Of a stretch of DNA of 64,000 nucleotides, positions 43,423 through 54,148 are shown piece after piece. This stretch comes from an uncultured Chthonomonadaceae bacterium (GTDB lineage: Bacteria; Armatimonadota; Chthonomonadetes; Chthonomonadales; Chthonomonadaceae), in contig CAWFQB010000001.1 in the NCBI GenBank assembly GCA_963817895.1, forward strand, positions 1,248,001-1,312,000, given 5' to 3'. The number at the start of each line of letters is the position of its first letter. Position 1 is the stretch's first letter. The position numbers were made by a program, and so were the translations under genes. The notes beneath the pieces were generated by a model. That model saw only the letters and a list, made by a program, of their open reading frames with translations. It was not told the origin of the DNA and ran no database searches.

Positions 43423-44781
43423 ATGGCTGAATACGATGAAATAATGGAAGAACCGGGCGACCTGACGCTCATGCCGCAACCCCTGGCAGGCAAAGAGATA
43501 CTGCTCGGCGTCACGGGCAGCATTGCCGCGTATAAAGCCGCTGATTTGTGCAGCCGGTTGGGGAAGTTGGGCGCGAATGTGCATGTGGTTCTCACTGCCG
43601 CCGCTACGCAGTTCGTGGGCGCGGCCACGTTTCGCGCTCTGACTCGCAACCCGGTTGTAACGGATGTGTTCGAGGAACCAACCGCGAAACGGATTGCGCA
43701 TATTGATCTGGCGCAGTCTGCCGATTTGGTTCTGGTCGCGCCCGCAAGCGCGGACATTCTGGCCCGTATGGCGCATGGGCTTGCCGATGATATGCTTTCC
43801 ACCTGCCTGCTCGCCACGCCGTCCGCAACGCCCGTCCTCGTTGCCCCGGCCATGAACACCGTGATGTGGGAACACCCGGCGACCGTAGAAAACGCGCGAA
43901 TTCTGACGGAACGGGGCGTACAGTTTATCGCGCCCGGTTATGGCCTGCTCGCCTGTCAGGATGTAGGCGCGGGCAAACTGGCGGATGTAGAAGATATTGT
44001 TGCCGCTGTTCAGGCGCGTCTGGAAACAAAACTGGAAGTGTCCGAGTCCGTTAAGAAGACAAATGCGGAAGTGGAAACAAACGCGAAACCTGAAAGGAAA
44101 TGGATCGGAAAGCGCGTACTGATTACTGCGGGAGCCACCCGCGAACCACTTGACCCCGTCCGGTTTTTGTCCAATCGTTCCAGCGGCAAAATGGGCTACG
44201 CTATTGCCGAAGAAGCCGCAGCGCAGGGCGCGGACGTTACGCTTGTCAGCGGGTTTGCCACCGCCATTCCGCCTCCAGGCGTTTCTCTGGTCAAGGTAGA
44301 AACGGCGCAGGAGATGCTTACCGCCTGCCAATCCTATTTTGCGGATTGTGACGTGTTCATCGCGTCCGCCGCCGTCGCTGATTACACGCCAGAAACCGTC
44401 CACGCGCAGAAAATCAAAAAGCCGATGGCGGCGACAAACACTTCAACGCAAACAGAGGAAACAGACGGCGAAGAGACTGTTACCATCCGCTTGAAACGCA
44501 CTCCCGACATCGTAGCGACACTGGCGAAAAGCAAACAGCCGGGGCAAATCGTCGTCGGGTTCGCGGCGGAAACCGAACATCTGCTCGCCCACGCCCGCGC
44601 CAAATTGGAAACCAAGCGTCTTGACCTGATCGTCGCCAACGACATTACAATGGAAGGCGCGGGCTTTGAAAGCGACACCAATATCGTCACTCTGCTCTGG
44701 CCGGATGGACGCACGGAAACCCTGCCGCAAATGTCCAAGCGCGAAGTCGGGCGCGCGCTGCTGAATGTTCTGCTATGCTAA
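43423..44781 (+). CDS. coaBC: Phosphopantothenoylcysteine decarboxylase/ligase
   Basis: LLGVTGSIAAYK, APAMN, LACQDVGAGKL, ITAGATREPLDPVRFLSNRSSGKMG, VGFAAET. Confidence 0.96.
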   Translation: MAEYDEIMEEPGDLTLMPQPLAGKEILLGVTGSIAAYKAADLCSRLGKLGANVHVVLTAAATQFVGAATFRALTRNPVVTDVFEEPTAKRIAHIDLAQSADLVLVAPASADILARMAHGLADDMLSTCLLATPSATPVLVAPAMNTVMWEHPATVENARILTERGVQFIAPGYGLLACQDVGAGKLADVEDIVAAVQARLETKLEVSESVKKTNAEVETNAKPERKWIGKRVLITAGATREPLDPVRFLSNRSSGKMGYAIAEEAAAQGADVTLVSGFATAIPPPGVSLVKVETAQEMLTACQSYFADCDVFIASAAVADYTPETVHAQKIKKPMAATNTSTQTEETDGEETVTIRLKRTPDIVATLAKSKQPGQIVVGFAAETEHLLAHARAKLETKRLDLIVANDITMEGAGFESDTNIVTLLWPDGRTETLPQMSKREVGRALLNVLLC

Positions 44782-45890
44782 ATCCCCAACTCCGCAAAAA
44801 CATGGACTGGCTGCTGCTGCTGCTGGCGTATCTGCTGGCAGGTATCGGCGTGGTGATGATTTTCAGCGCGACGCGGGGCGACGCCGCCGCTTTCCATCGA
44901 AAGCAGGTCATCTGGATCGCGCTCGGCACACTCGGCCTTGCGCTGACTTCCACCCTCGACTACCATCTGTACGCCCGTTTCGCCAGACACATCTACGGGT
45001 TCAATCTGCTTTTACTCCTGCTGGTGAAACTGAAAGGCTCGACGACCAATGGCGCGGCGCGGTGGATTAAAATCGGCGCGTTTCAATTGCAGCCTTCGGA
45101 GTTCGCCAAACTGTTCATCATTCTCACGCTGGGAGTCTGGCTGGCGCAGCGGAAGGATGAAATTAAGGATATTAAAACGCTCGGCCTGTCGTTTCTGTAT
45201 ATCAGCGTCCCAACGTACCTGATTTTGAAACAGCCGGATTTGGGAACCGCGCTCGTGGTGATTTCCATCTGGTTCGGCATGACCTATATGGCGGGCGCGA
45301 GATTGAAGCATCTTGCAGGGTTCGCGCTGGCGGGAGTGGCGCTGTTCAGCCTGATGCTGTGGACGGGCAAAATCAACAAGTATCAGGGCGACCGCCTGAC
45401 AACATTTTGGGCGCAATTTACAGGCAACGAGGACGCGGGCGCGAAAAAAGAGGGCTACCACGTCGTGCAGGCGCGCATCGCCATCGGTTCGGGCGGATTG
45501 TGGGGCAAAGGGTATCTGCGCAGCACACAGGTGCGCGGCGGCTACGTGCCTGAAAAACAGACCGACTTTATCTTTACGACGGTAGGGGAAGAGTGGGGGT
45601 TTGTGGGCGCGTTATCCCTCACGGCTTTGTACGGCCTGCTGCTGTGGCGCGGCACACAGATCATTGCGGCTGCCGATGAAGACATATTAGGCAAACTCAT
45701 CGCGACGGGCGTTGTCACCATGCTCACGTTTCACATCGTGGTCAACATCGGCATGAACATCGGCATTGTTCCGGTTGCGGGCGTCCCCCTGCCCCTCGTA
45801 TCATCAGGCGGCAGCAACATGCTGCTGACGCTGGCGGGCATCGGCCTGCTGCAAAGCGTCCTGCGTCATCGTCACCAACTGCTATTCTAA
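44775..45890 (+). CDS. rodA: SEDS peptidoglycan glycosyltransferase RodA
   Basis: GAARWI, QPSEFAK, KQPDLGT, AIGSGG, PEKQTDFIF, GVPLPLVSSGG. Confidence 0.9.
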   Translation: MLNPQLRKNMDWLLLLLAYLLAGIGVVMIFSATRGDAAAFHRKQVIWIALGTLGLALTSTLDYHLYARFARHIYGFNLLLLLLVKLKGSTTNGAARWIKIGAFQLQPSEFAKLFIILTLGVWLAQRKDEIKDIKTLGLSFLYISVPTYLILKQPDLGTALVVISIWFGMTYMAGARLKHLAGFALAGVALFSLMLWTGKINKYQGDRLTTFWAQFTGNEDAGAKKEGYHVVQARIAIGSGGLWGKGYLRSTQVRGGYVPEKQTDFIFTTVGEEWGFVGALSLTALYGLLLWRGTQIIAAADEDILGKLIATGVVTMLTFHIVVNIGMNIGIVPVAGVPLPLVSSGGSNMLLTLAGIGLLQSVLRHRHQLLF

Positions 45891-45924
45891 ACTGTTTTTC
45901 AAATAGTGTGAAATCCTACACGGT

Positions 45925-46623
45925 ATGAAACGAAACTTCTCAGGCATTCATTTAAAAGAGGTCATGCGGCTGGTTCCGGCGGAAGTAACGACGCCGTGGC
46001 AGATTGAGGCCATGCCGCGCCCTCCGTCCGAGGCGCTGCAAACCCACTTGCGCCGTCTGGAAGCGTTTGATCTGCAAACGACGGAACAGGCCAAAACGCT
46101 GTTGATAGACGCGCTGTTTGCTGAAACCGTTTTCCCGCACCCTAAATTAAAAGTGTGGAAAGCGGCAACGCTCAACACAGATACGCTGACGGGAGTAGCC
46201 GATTACCTCATCGCTCCCAAACGCGCGTATCTGGAAACGCCCCTGTTGTGCGCTGTGGAAGCCAAACGCGATGATTTTGAACGGGGCCGGGCGCAATGTC
46301 TGGCGGAACTGGTGGCGTGTCGTGAAAACAACCGAAAAGAGGGACACGAGATAGACGTGTTCGGCATCGTCAGCAACGGGCAGGCGTGGCAATTCTATAA
46401 ACTCACGCCTGCGAACGAAGTGTACGAGACGCCGCTGTACTCCCTGCGCGAAATGAACGATCTATTAAACCAAGTTGCTACCTTGATTTCTCAATCTCGA
46501 AGGTTCCGGCGCAAAGTACCAATTTTGATATGTTGCTATCTCAAATACGGTTTAAGGTAGCAACTTGGGTTATTAGGAGTTTTAGACACCATCTGCGCGG
46601 CCTGCGCCAACGCAATTTCTTAG
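45925..46623 (+). pseudogene. PD-(D/E)XK / HsdR-N-like nuclease-fold gene interrupted near its 3' end by a MITE
   Basis: GVADYLI...VEAKR...Q...FGIVSNGQAWQF; removing the MITE restores MNDLLGVLDTICAACANAIS*. Confidence 0.7.
46468..46570. mobile_element. 103-bp MITE with 17-bp TIRs and TATTA duplication
   Basis: AACCAAGTTGCTACCTT ... AAGGTAGCAACTTGGGT; TATTA at 46463-46467 and 46571-46575. Confidence 0.8.
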
Positions 46624-46639
46624 AAACTTATCTGTAAAA

Positions 46640-47888
46640 ATGATACGCGCAAACGACAAATTAGCCTGTGAGGGCGGCAGTCCCGTTCGTGACACTGTTG
46701 CGCGTCCGTGGCCCGCGTGGCCGATTTACGACGAGGCCGAGGAACGCGCCCTGCTTGCGACCCTGCATAGCGGCAAATGGTGGTACGGGGAGGGAACGGA
46801 GGGCAGAACCTTTGAGCGCGAGTTTGCCGCCTATCAGAGGGCGCGATACGGGGCCGTTTGCGCCAGTGGAACCGCCGCGCTGGAAATCGCCCTCCGCGCG
46901 CTGGAAATCGGCTGCGGCGACGAGGTAATAATCCCCGCCTACACGTTTATCGCCACTGCAAGCGCGATCCTGACTGTGGGCGCGACCCCGGTTTTTGCCG
47001 ACATTGACCCCGATACGCTTACGCTGGATGCGGATTTCGCCGCGTCCGTTCTCACGCCCCGAACGCGCGCCATTGTTCCCGTCCACGTCGCGGGACGGCC
47101 CGCCGATCTGGACGCCCTGCTTGCTCTCGCTCAATCTCACAACCTGCCGCTGATCGAGGACGCGGCGCAGGCGCACGGGGCAGCATGGCGCGGAACGCCG
47201 GTTGGGGCGATTGGCACAATCGGCACGTTCAGCTTTCAGTCCAGCAAAAATCTGAACGGCGGCGAGGGCGGCATTGTTGTCACCAATGATGCCGCGCTTG
47301 CCGACCGGGTTGGAAGCATTATCAATGTGGGCAGGAGTCAGATGGGAAGGGGGCGGTACGCGCACCCGGTTCATCCGGGCAACGCGCGATTGGGAGAATT
47401 CCAGTCTGCGGTTTTGCGCGCGCAGTTGACGCGCCTGCCCGCCCAGACCGCGCTGCGACAGGCAAATGCCGCCCGCCTGCGCGCGTTGCTTGCGGCCTGC
47501 GAGGGAGTTATATTGCCCTGTGACGATCCGCGCATCACGTCCCATGCGTATCACCTGTTTACGTTCCGCTGCCGGCCCGAACATTTCGGGCAACGGGGCG
47601 CGGCAGAAATCGCGCGGGCATTGCAGCGCGGAGGGCATTCCCTGCTCGCCCGGGTTACGCGCCGCTTTACGCGGAACCCCCATTTGCCAATTATGCCCCG
47701 CAACGGGTAAACTCATGTAGGGAGGGACGGCGGCGGATACTGTCTCTTATACCAACCTGAATCTTCCCCATTGCGAACAGGTCAGCCGGGATACGCTCTG
47801 GCTGCCGCAAACCCTGCTGTTGGGCGCGGATGCCGACATGGAAGATATTGCGGCGGCGATTGTTAAAATTCAGCAGGCGTGGCGGTAG
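46640..47888 (+). CDS. DegT/DnrJ/EryC1/StrS PLP aminotransferase (frameshifts near the 3' end)
   Basis: SGTAAL, GDEVIIPAYTF, IEDAAQAHG, FSFQSSKNLNGGEGG. Confidence 0.9.
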
Positions 47889-47978
47889 CTCCCTCTTTGC
47901 AAGCAAAATCAGTTTCGTTCGGAGAAAGGAATGTGGCCGCGCGCCGGCAGCAGATGCCGCGCCGAGTTACACGGCAGC

Positions 47979-49082
47979 ATGAATATTCTGCAAATTGTTT
48001 CGGCTTCGCGCACCGGGGGCGTGGAACGCCATGTGGTCGTTCTCAGCGAAATACTGCGCCAGCGCGGGCATAACGTGACTGGCGGTTTGTCCGCCCGGAG
48101 AGTGGCTGCCGGGGCAACTGCGCGAGGCCGGGCGTTCCCGTAGAAGAGGTCGTGATGCGCGGGCGGGAATCGTGCAAAATCGCTCGCCTGCTGCCGCAAA
48201 TCGCCCGTGACCACAACATTGACCTGATACATTCCCATCTCACGCGCGCCACCTATTTTGGTTTTCTTACCGGCAGGTTCGCGCATCTGCCGTTCGTATC
48301 TTCAGTTCACGTCATGACCCGCGATTTCGCGTACCGCCGCCTGTTTCGCAAGCCCGGCAGCCACATCATCACAGTTTCCGAATATTTGCGCGAAAGCCTG
48401 CTGCATCAGGGCGTTCCCGAAGCGCGCGTCCGCACCATCCACAACGGCACGGATTTCTGTTCCCCGGCCCGCCTGCGTCAGGACGTTCTCACCGTCCATT
48501 CCGAATGGAGCGTGCCGCAGGACGCGGAACTTATCGGCCTGTTCGCCCGCATGGAGGAGTTCAAGGGGCCGTTCGTGCTGACGCAGGCTGTGCGGCAAAT
48601 CGTGGAGGCCCGCCCCCGCGCGTATGTGTTTTTTGTCGGTCCCATCGAGCCGAACGTACAGCAGGAACTGTCGGAAATCGCCGATGCCGATGGCGTTGTG
48701 GATCGCCTGCGTTTTACGGGACAGCGCAATGACGTGCGGCGTCTGATGAGCGCGATGGACGTGGTTACGTTGCCGTCGCGCTACGAAGCCTGTAGTATGG
48801 CGATACTGGAAGCGATGGCACTGGGCAAGCCCGTTGTGGCAACTCGCGGCGGGAGGCAATCCCGAACTGATTGCCGACGGCGAAACCGGCCTGCTGATCG
48901 AGCGGACGCCGGACGCGCTGGCGCAGGCGGTTATCCGCCTGTTGTCCGATTCGCGCTGCCGCGCGCAAATGGGAGCGGCGGCGCATACCCGCGCCCAAAC
49001 CTCGTTTTCCGCCAGCGTGATGGTCAGCCAGATCGAAACCCTCTACCACGACCTGCATCAGGAGATGCTGGCTTTGCCGTAG
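47979..49082 (+). CDS. GT4 glycosyltransferase (frameshifts)
   Basis: GGVERHV, DLIHSH, IHNG, PSRYEACSMAILEAMALGKPVVAT, GGNPELIADGETG. Confidence 0.88.
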
Positions 49083-49461
49083 CCACAACCCTCTTCGCTG
49101 TATCCTGCTTTACAAGTATCTACTCGAACGCTCTACAACGCTCTTCTTGAACTGCCCGCGCCTGTTTCCTGCCCCTATACACTTCGTCATACCTGCCGCT
49201 ATATAGATATGTGAATATCCCGGTAAAATTGTGGGAACATCCTGTCAAAATCTGGCGTCCATGCGTTTGACAGCGCATTTATGGAGCCGTTACTCTCCTC
49301 ATCTGTATCTTGCGCTGTTATTCACAGCAGGTTCGCGCCCGCGACTGAATTCTTCAATGTGGATAGTCTCTGTTTCTCCTGCTATATCGGGACGTTAAAA
49401 ATCAGTTCGCGCGTTCACCTGCGGTTTAGAAGTATCAGGTTTTCAGGAAGGAACCTCCGCC

Positions 49462-50772
49462 ATGTACGCGCGTTTGTCCGGTTGGGCGCTCTTTGTGAGC
49501 GCGTTTGTTTGTTGTCTGGGATTATCCACATCTGCCCGCGCGCAAGTCGGGACGCTTGCGGGAAGCGTTGTAGATCAGCAAACCGGCTCCGGCATCTCCG
49601 GAGCCACTGTTTCGTCGGGCAGTCGTCAGACGGTTACGGACGCGCAGGGACACTATACCCTGACGCAGGTGTCCCCGTCGGCTGCGAGCGTATCGGCTGC
49701 CGCTCCGCGCTACGATTCGAATTCCGTCGCCATCAACGTGACCAACTGGGTCACGGGGTCTGTGCCCACAATATCGCTGAAGCCGCAGCCGAACACCATT
49801 TTCTGGAACGGCAGCAACCGCTTTCTGGCGGGCAACAACTATGCCTGGTGGAACTACGGCACGGACTTCGGCACGGGCGGGTTCGGCAAGTACACCAACT
49901 TCAGCCAGATTTCCTCGGACTTCGCCACTATGAATCAGCAGCAGGTGAAAGTGGTACGCTGGTTTTTGTTCGCGGATGGCCGCTACTCGCCCGAATTCAG
50001 TTCGGCGGGCGCGGTGACGGGCCTTGACGGGCAGTTTTTTGCCGACATTGACACGGCCCTGCAAATCGCCCATAACAACCACGTCTATCTAATCTTCGAC
50101 CTGATAGACTTTCTGATGTGGACGAGTCCGCAAACCAGCGGAAGCGTGACGGGCGGTGGACACAGCGCTCTGGTCACGGATGCCTCGGTTCAGCAGAGTT
50201 ATCTGGACAACGCGCTCAAACCGCTGTTGCAGCATATCGCGGCCAGCCCGTACCGCGCGCAGGTGCTTGCCTATGACATTGTCAACGAGCCGGAATACGC
50301 CATCAACGAGATACGCGGCGGCGGCCTGCCGCTTGCGCAGGTGCAAACCTTCGTGCAGAACTGCGCGTCCTACATCCATCAGTATGGCGGCGGCGCGTAT
50401 GCCACGCTGGGTTCCGGCACTCCCTCATGGGTAGGGTACTGGAAGGGAATGGGTCTGGATTTCTACCAGATTCACTACTATCCCAACTTCGATCCCGCCG
50501 GACCGGGCAGTGGTCTGCCGACCTACGCCAGTCTGAATCTGGACAAGCCCTGCATCGTAGGGGAGTTCGCCACCAATGACAACTCCTACACGGTTGGCGA
50601 CACCACGCCCCTGAGCGCGCAATGGTATCTGGACACCATCTACAAGTACGGCTACGCCGGCGCGCTTGGCTGGAGTTACGAGTACATTGACAACGAGGGC
50701 AATTGGAACGCTTTCGCCCCCGTCTTCACCAACTGGGTGAACGGGCATAGCGCGATTGCGGGACAGAACTAG
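49462..50772 (+). CDS. Secreted GH5 (mannanase-like) with N-terminal carboxypeptidase-regulatory-like domain
   Basis: Signal peptide ARA-Q; GSVVD..G..ISGATV; GNNYAWWNYGTDFG, IVNEPE, QIHYY, VGEF. Confidence 0.85.
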   Translation: MYARLSGWALFVSAFVCCLGLSTSARAQVGTLAGSVVDQQTGSGISGATVSSGSRQTVTDAQGHYTLTQVSPSAASVSAAAPRYDSNSVAINVTNWVTGSVPTISLKPQPNTIFWNGSNRFLAGNNYAWWNYGTDFGTGGFGKYTNFSQISSDFATMNQQQVKVVRWFLFADGRYSPEFSSAGAVTGLDGQFFADIDTALQIAHNNHVYLIFDLIDFLMWTSPQTSGSVTGGGHSALVTDASVQQSYLDNALKPLLQHIAASPYRAQVLAYDIVNEPEYAINEIRGGGLPLAQVQTFVQNCASYIHQYGGGAYATLGSGTPSWVGYWKGMGLDFYQIHYYPNFDPAGPGSGLPTYASLNLDKPCIVGEFATNDNSYTVGDTTPLSAQWYLDTIYKYGYAGALGWSYEYIDNEGNWNAFAPVFTNWVNGHSAIAGQN

Positions 50773-50818
50773 CAGACAAGGAGAAGAGGAGAAGAGGAGA
50801 AGGGGAGAAAAATTCTGT

Positions 50819-51061
50819 TTAGCCTCTCCTTTTCTCCTTTTCTCCTTTTCTCCTTGTCTGTTCTTCCTCCTCTTCCCGTTCGGCAAACGCCATAAACGGC
50901 GGAAGGGAACGTCCCTGCGCCTCCAACTCCTCTTGTTCCGCTTTGAAGTCGGTAATGCGCCTATCCAGTCGCCGCGCGCTGCGAAAGGCCTGCCCCGCCG
51001 CGAACGCCAGCAGAAACACTCCCAAACACAAAAACATTAATTTGAACAATAGGCCAAACAT
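50819..51061 (-). CDS. Small single-TM hypothetical protein
   Basis: AAGGA RBS; hydrophobic N-terminus; the C-terminus is derived from a heptamer repeat. Confidence 0.6.
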   Translation of the reverse strand: MFGLLFKLMFLCLGVFLLAFAAGQAFRSARRLDRRITDFKAEQEELEAQGRSLPPFMAFAEREEEEEQTRRKGEKEKRRG

Positions 51062-51133
51062 ATCCGTAAATTCCTTTTGAGATTGCGAAACAGCGCATGG
51101 CGACCTACTTAGGTTATGGCATAATATAACCAA

Positions 51134-51192
51134 TCCGACACTTCTCGGAGGTGGAAGATATAGTCTTCGGAGAGGCCCTTTGCGGCCTCTCT
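51134..51192 (-). ncRNA. Candidate DUF3800-associated structured RNA
   Basis: Directly after the DUF3800 stop, three hairpins: AGAGGCC-GCAAAG-GGCCTCT, GAAGA-CTATA-TCTTC and TCCGA-GAAGTG-TCGGA. Confidence 0.55.
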
Positions 51193-51198
51193 TTGTTT

Positions 51199-51775
51199 TT
51201 ATGGCAGCCATTTGCAGCCATAACCTTCAGTTCCTTTTACGCTGTGGCGGTAGTACTTACTTCCCGCTACGATAGCCTCAATTTTACCCCCGAAGTTTGT
51301 TGGCAAGGCACGTCCCTCTTTTCGCGCCAGCGCAGCATAGTAGCAGGGGCGTATCAGAAACTCAGCCAACTGCAAACCCGCGATGTTGTCAGTCTTCTGT
51401 TTTAACTTCAATTCACGGCTGCTCAAATTCGCGGCCAACTCGTCTGCAGCAACAAAGGCCGTCCCGCTCTGATGCAGGCTTTGATAGTGCTGTTTGAGTT
51501 CTCTGTCCTCTTTGCCTCCCCGCGCTTCCGCCAGAACATCACCGATACAGCCCTCTTGTCGCAGCCAATGAACATAACGTTCAAGCAGAGTCTCCATCCC
51601 GTAGTGGTAAGGATGGGCCGGATTAGAGTAACGCTCTCGTAATCCTGCTTTATCAATGACAACTTAAACCGATATAGCGTTCATTCTCATCGTCGGAAGA
51701 CTTGATGGTGGCATGTCCGACTTCATCGACATAAAGACGGCATACAGGTATACGAACCGAATGGGTGTTTGTCAT
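51199..51775 (-). pseudogene. DUF3800 family gene with internal deletion/frameshift near 51660
   Basis: RLYVDEVG...ERYIGLS joined to VIDK...PYHYGMETLLERY...AEARGGKED...NIAGLQLAE. Confidence 0.75.
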
Positions 51776-51836
51776 TGTGGCAGCAATTGTCGAGGTTCAG
51801 CGGCGAGGTTGCGGGAATATTGGCTTTTTCGCGCTA

Positions 51837-54099
51837 TCAGCGAATTACGAACCAGGTGGAACTCTGCGGCTGTATCGTAACAGAAAGACGGACATTACTG
51901 CGCCGATCCAGCGAATACGCCTTTTCGGTTCCCTCTTCCTGACGAATATGCGCCTTCGATTGCAGACCTGTGTAGTAAAGGGGCAATTCCATATCCTGTG
52001 TCATGGTTTGCCCGGTCGGATTGTAGAAGACTGCCAGCCCTTTTTCCGGCAGGGCGGGATTTACGTGCAGAATACCGTCTATGTCCCGCGCGTCCGCCCG
52101 CCGCAGATGAATGACATCGCTTTCGAGAATGGCGCGATGCTGCTTGAACCATTGCACCCACTTCTGAACCAGCGCCTTTGTCTGCGGAGTATCGTACAGG
52201 CGGGGGCCGCGATAGCAAGCCTGAACGCCATATCCGAAATTGTTGGCGAGATGCTGCGCGTAGTCGGGAAGATGCGCCTGCAGCGGTTCGATAGTGGCTG
52301 CCGCGCCCCCGCCCTGATACTCGACGAGGGGCGTAAACATCCAGCCCATCGTCGGCGTCTTTTCCCAGGTTCCATCAAAGAGGTTCTGGCGGGCATGGAT
52401 ATGCTGCTCGGCGCGGGGCAGGGACCAGTTCGTTTCCCGATACCCCATTGCGCACTTGTTTGACCCCGCAAGGAAATACCAGTCCGGCACATTCAGGTAG
52501 ATGCCCCGCTCCCGACACCAATGATACAGCGCGGCAATCTGCTGAAACTGCGTCCACTGCGAGTCTTCCAATCCCTTATGCCCCGGATGGGTAGTGGAAG
52601 CGCACACGTCACCGGGATAGCTGCCATCGTGTTCCAGCAGGTCAAAGCCCGTTTGTTCCAGAAACGTTCGCAAATGCTGGAAATACGCAAGGCCCCACTT
52701 GCTGCCAAGACAGGGCGAACTGCCGAAAATCGCGCCGCCGATCTTTCCCGTCTTTGGATTGATTACATCGTCCTCGTCGCTGATATGGCGGCTCGCCAGC
52801 AGCGAGTACCCTCCAATTTGCACCTCTTTTTGATGCGCGTAGTCTGCCAGCGCCTTGAAGCGGGCGATATTGGCCGGGGAGGTGTCTTCCATGTTCAGGC
52901 CGCTGCCAAAACTCAGAATCACCATCTCGAACCCGACTTCCGCGCACTGGTCTATGGCGTTTCTGGCAACAGTGGGATCAACAGACGTGAGATGCAGCAT
53001 CAGCGGGTTTTCCGTTGCCCAGGGCGCAAGGGTTCGATAGAAGCGGCGCAGGATCAGCCCCCGCCGTTCCCGCTCCGTGCTGTCATAAACGAGTTCATAA
53101 GCGCGAAAAGTAGAGAAGGAGGCTTGCGGGGCAATGTCTATCGCGGGGCCGAGGGGCGGGCGGCATTCCAGCAGGCAGGGCGTTTTGAGTTCATAACTGA
53201 CCTGCGTGGTATAAGCCGTGTCCGGCATCCAGTAGGTGGTATGGTTGGAATTGTGCGGCGTGCCGCCGCCAAAGGCATAATCGCTGAGGACTTCGATAGG
53301 GGGTGATGCCCATTGATTGGCGGCGTCTACAATCGACTCCGCCTCAACTACGCCCAAAATCTCGGAAGTAAAGCGATCCAGTCGAACGGTTTTTGCGCTG
53401 TGGTTTTCAACCGTAAGCCATTTCGCCAGCGCAGGCAGGCCATCGTACATCTCGTAATGCGCGGCAACAGTAATACCGGTAAATTTGCCTTGTGGCGGGG
53501 CAAAGTGGAGAGTCAACGAAACGCCGGGAGGAGGCCACGCGCAATTTGCAGCCGCGTGGCGGGTACGCTTCCAACCGAAGGGAGCCTGCGTTGGCCCTGT
53601 CTCATAGCGGACAAAATGAAACGACGCGGGATCCGCCGTCATCGCTTCCAGCCATTCCGGGCGCAGATAGGCAAGGTCCGGCTGCCCTGCCAACCCGCCA
53701 ACGGCAACCGAAACCCCATCCAGTTGCAGCATGGCTTCCGGCTTGACCGCGCGCAGCAACGATTGCCCGGTCATCAGATTATCGAAGGCGACTGTTGCCA
53801 CATTCGGCTCGAATCCGAAATACGCGCCGGATTAATCCATTATCCAGAGTGATCTCTTTGCCGTCTGCGGAGCGTGACAGCCTCGTTTTCTGCTTCGGCG
53901 GATGTATCAGCCAGTCTGTTTGCATCGGTGTCTTTTCCCTTGCCAGAAGCGCATTGTCTATTGTCTCATTCCTATTCTCCTGATGCGGAGGCGTGGTTTC
54001 CCCCTGAAGAGAGTGAACGCCCTGAACCGCGCCTCTGCTTTTCGGAGTGAGCAGGCTTGTGGCGGCGCAACATCGCAGAAAATCCAGACGATTCATCAT
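51837..54099 (-). CDS. Alpha-galactosidase-like (GH27/36-related) glycoside hydrolase (frameshift near 53810)
   Basis: LDNGLIRR, VGFEMVILSFGSG, GGYSLLASR, EHDGSYPGD, GYRETNWSLPR; Tat-like start RLDFL. Confidence 0.7.
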
Positions 54100-54148
54100 C
54101 AATGCGCTCACATTCTCTGAGGTATAGCGAACGGGTAGTTTGTGTTTG

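Noticed and set aside
53800..53820. GGCTCGAATCC resembling a tRNA T-loop
   Set aside because: It lies within a coding region and has no cloverleaf around it.
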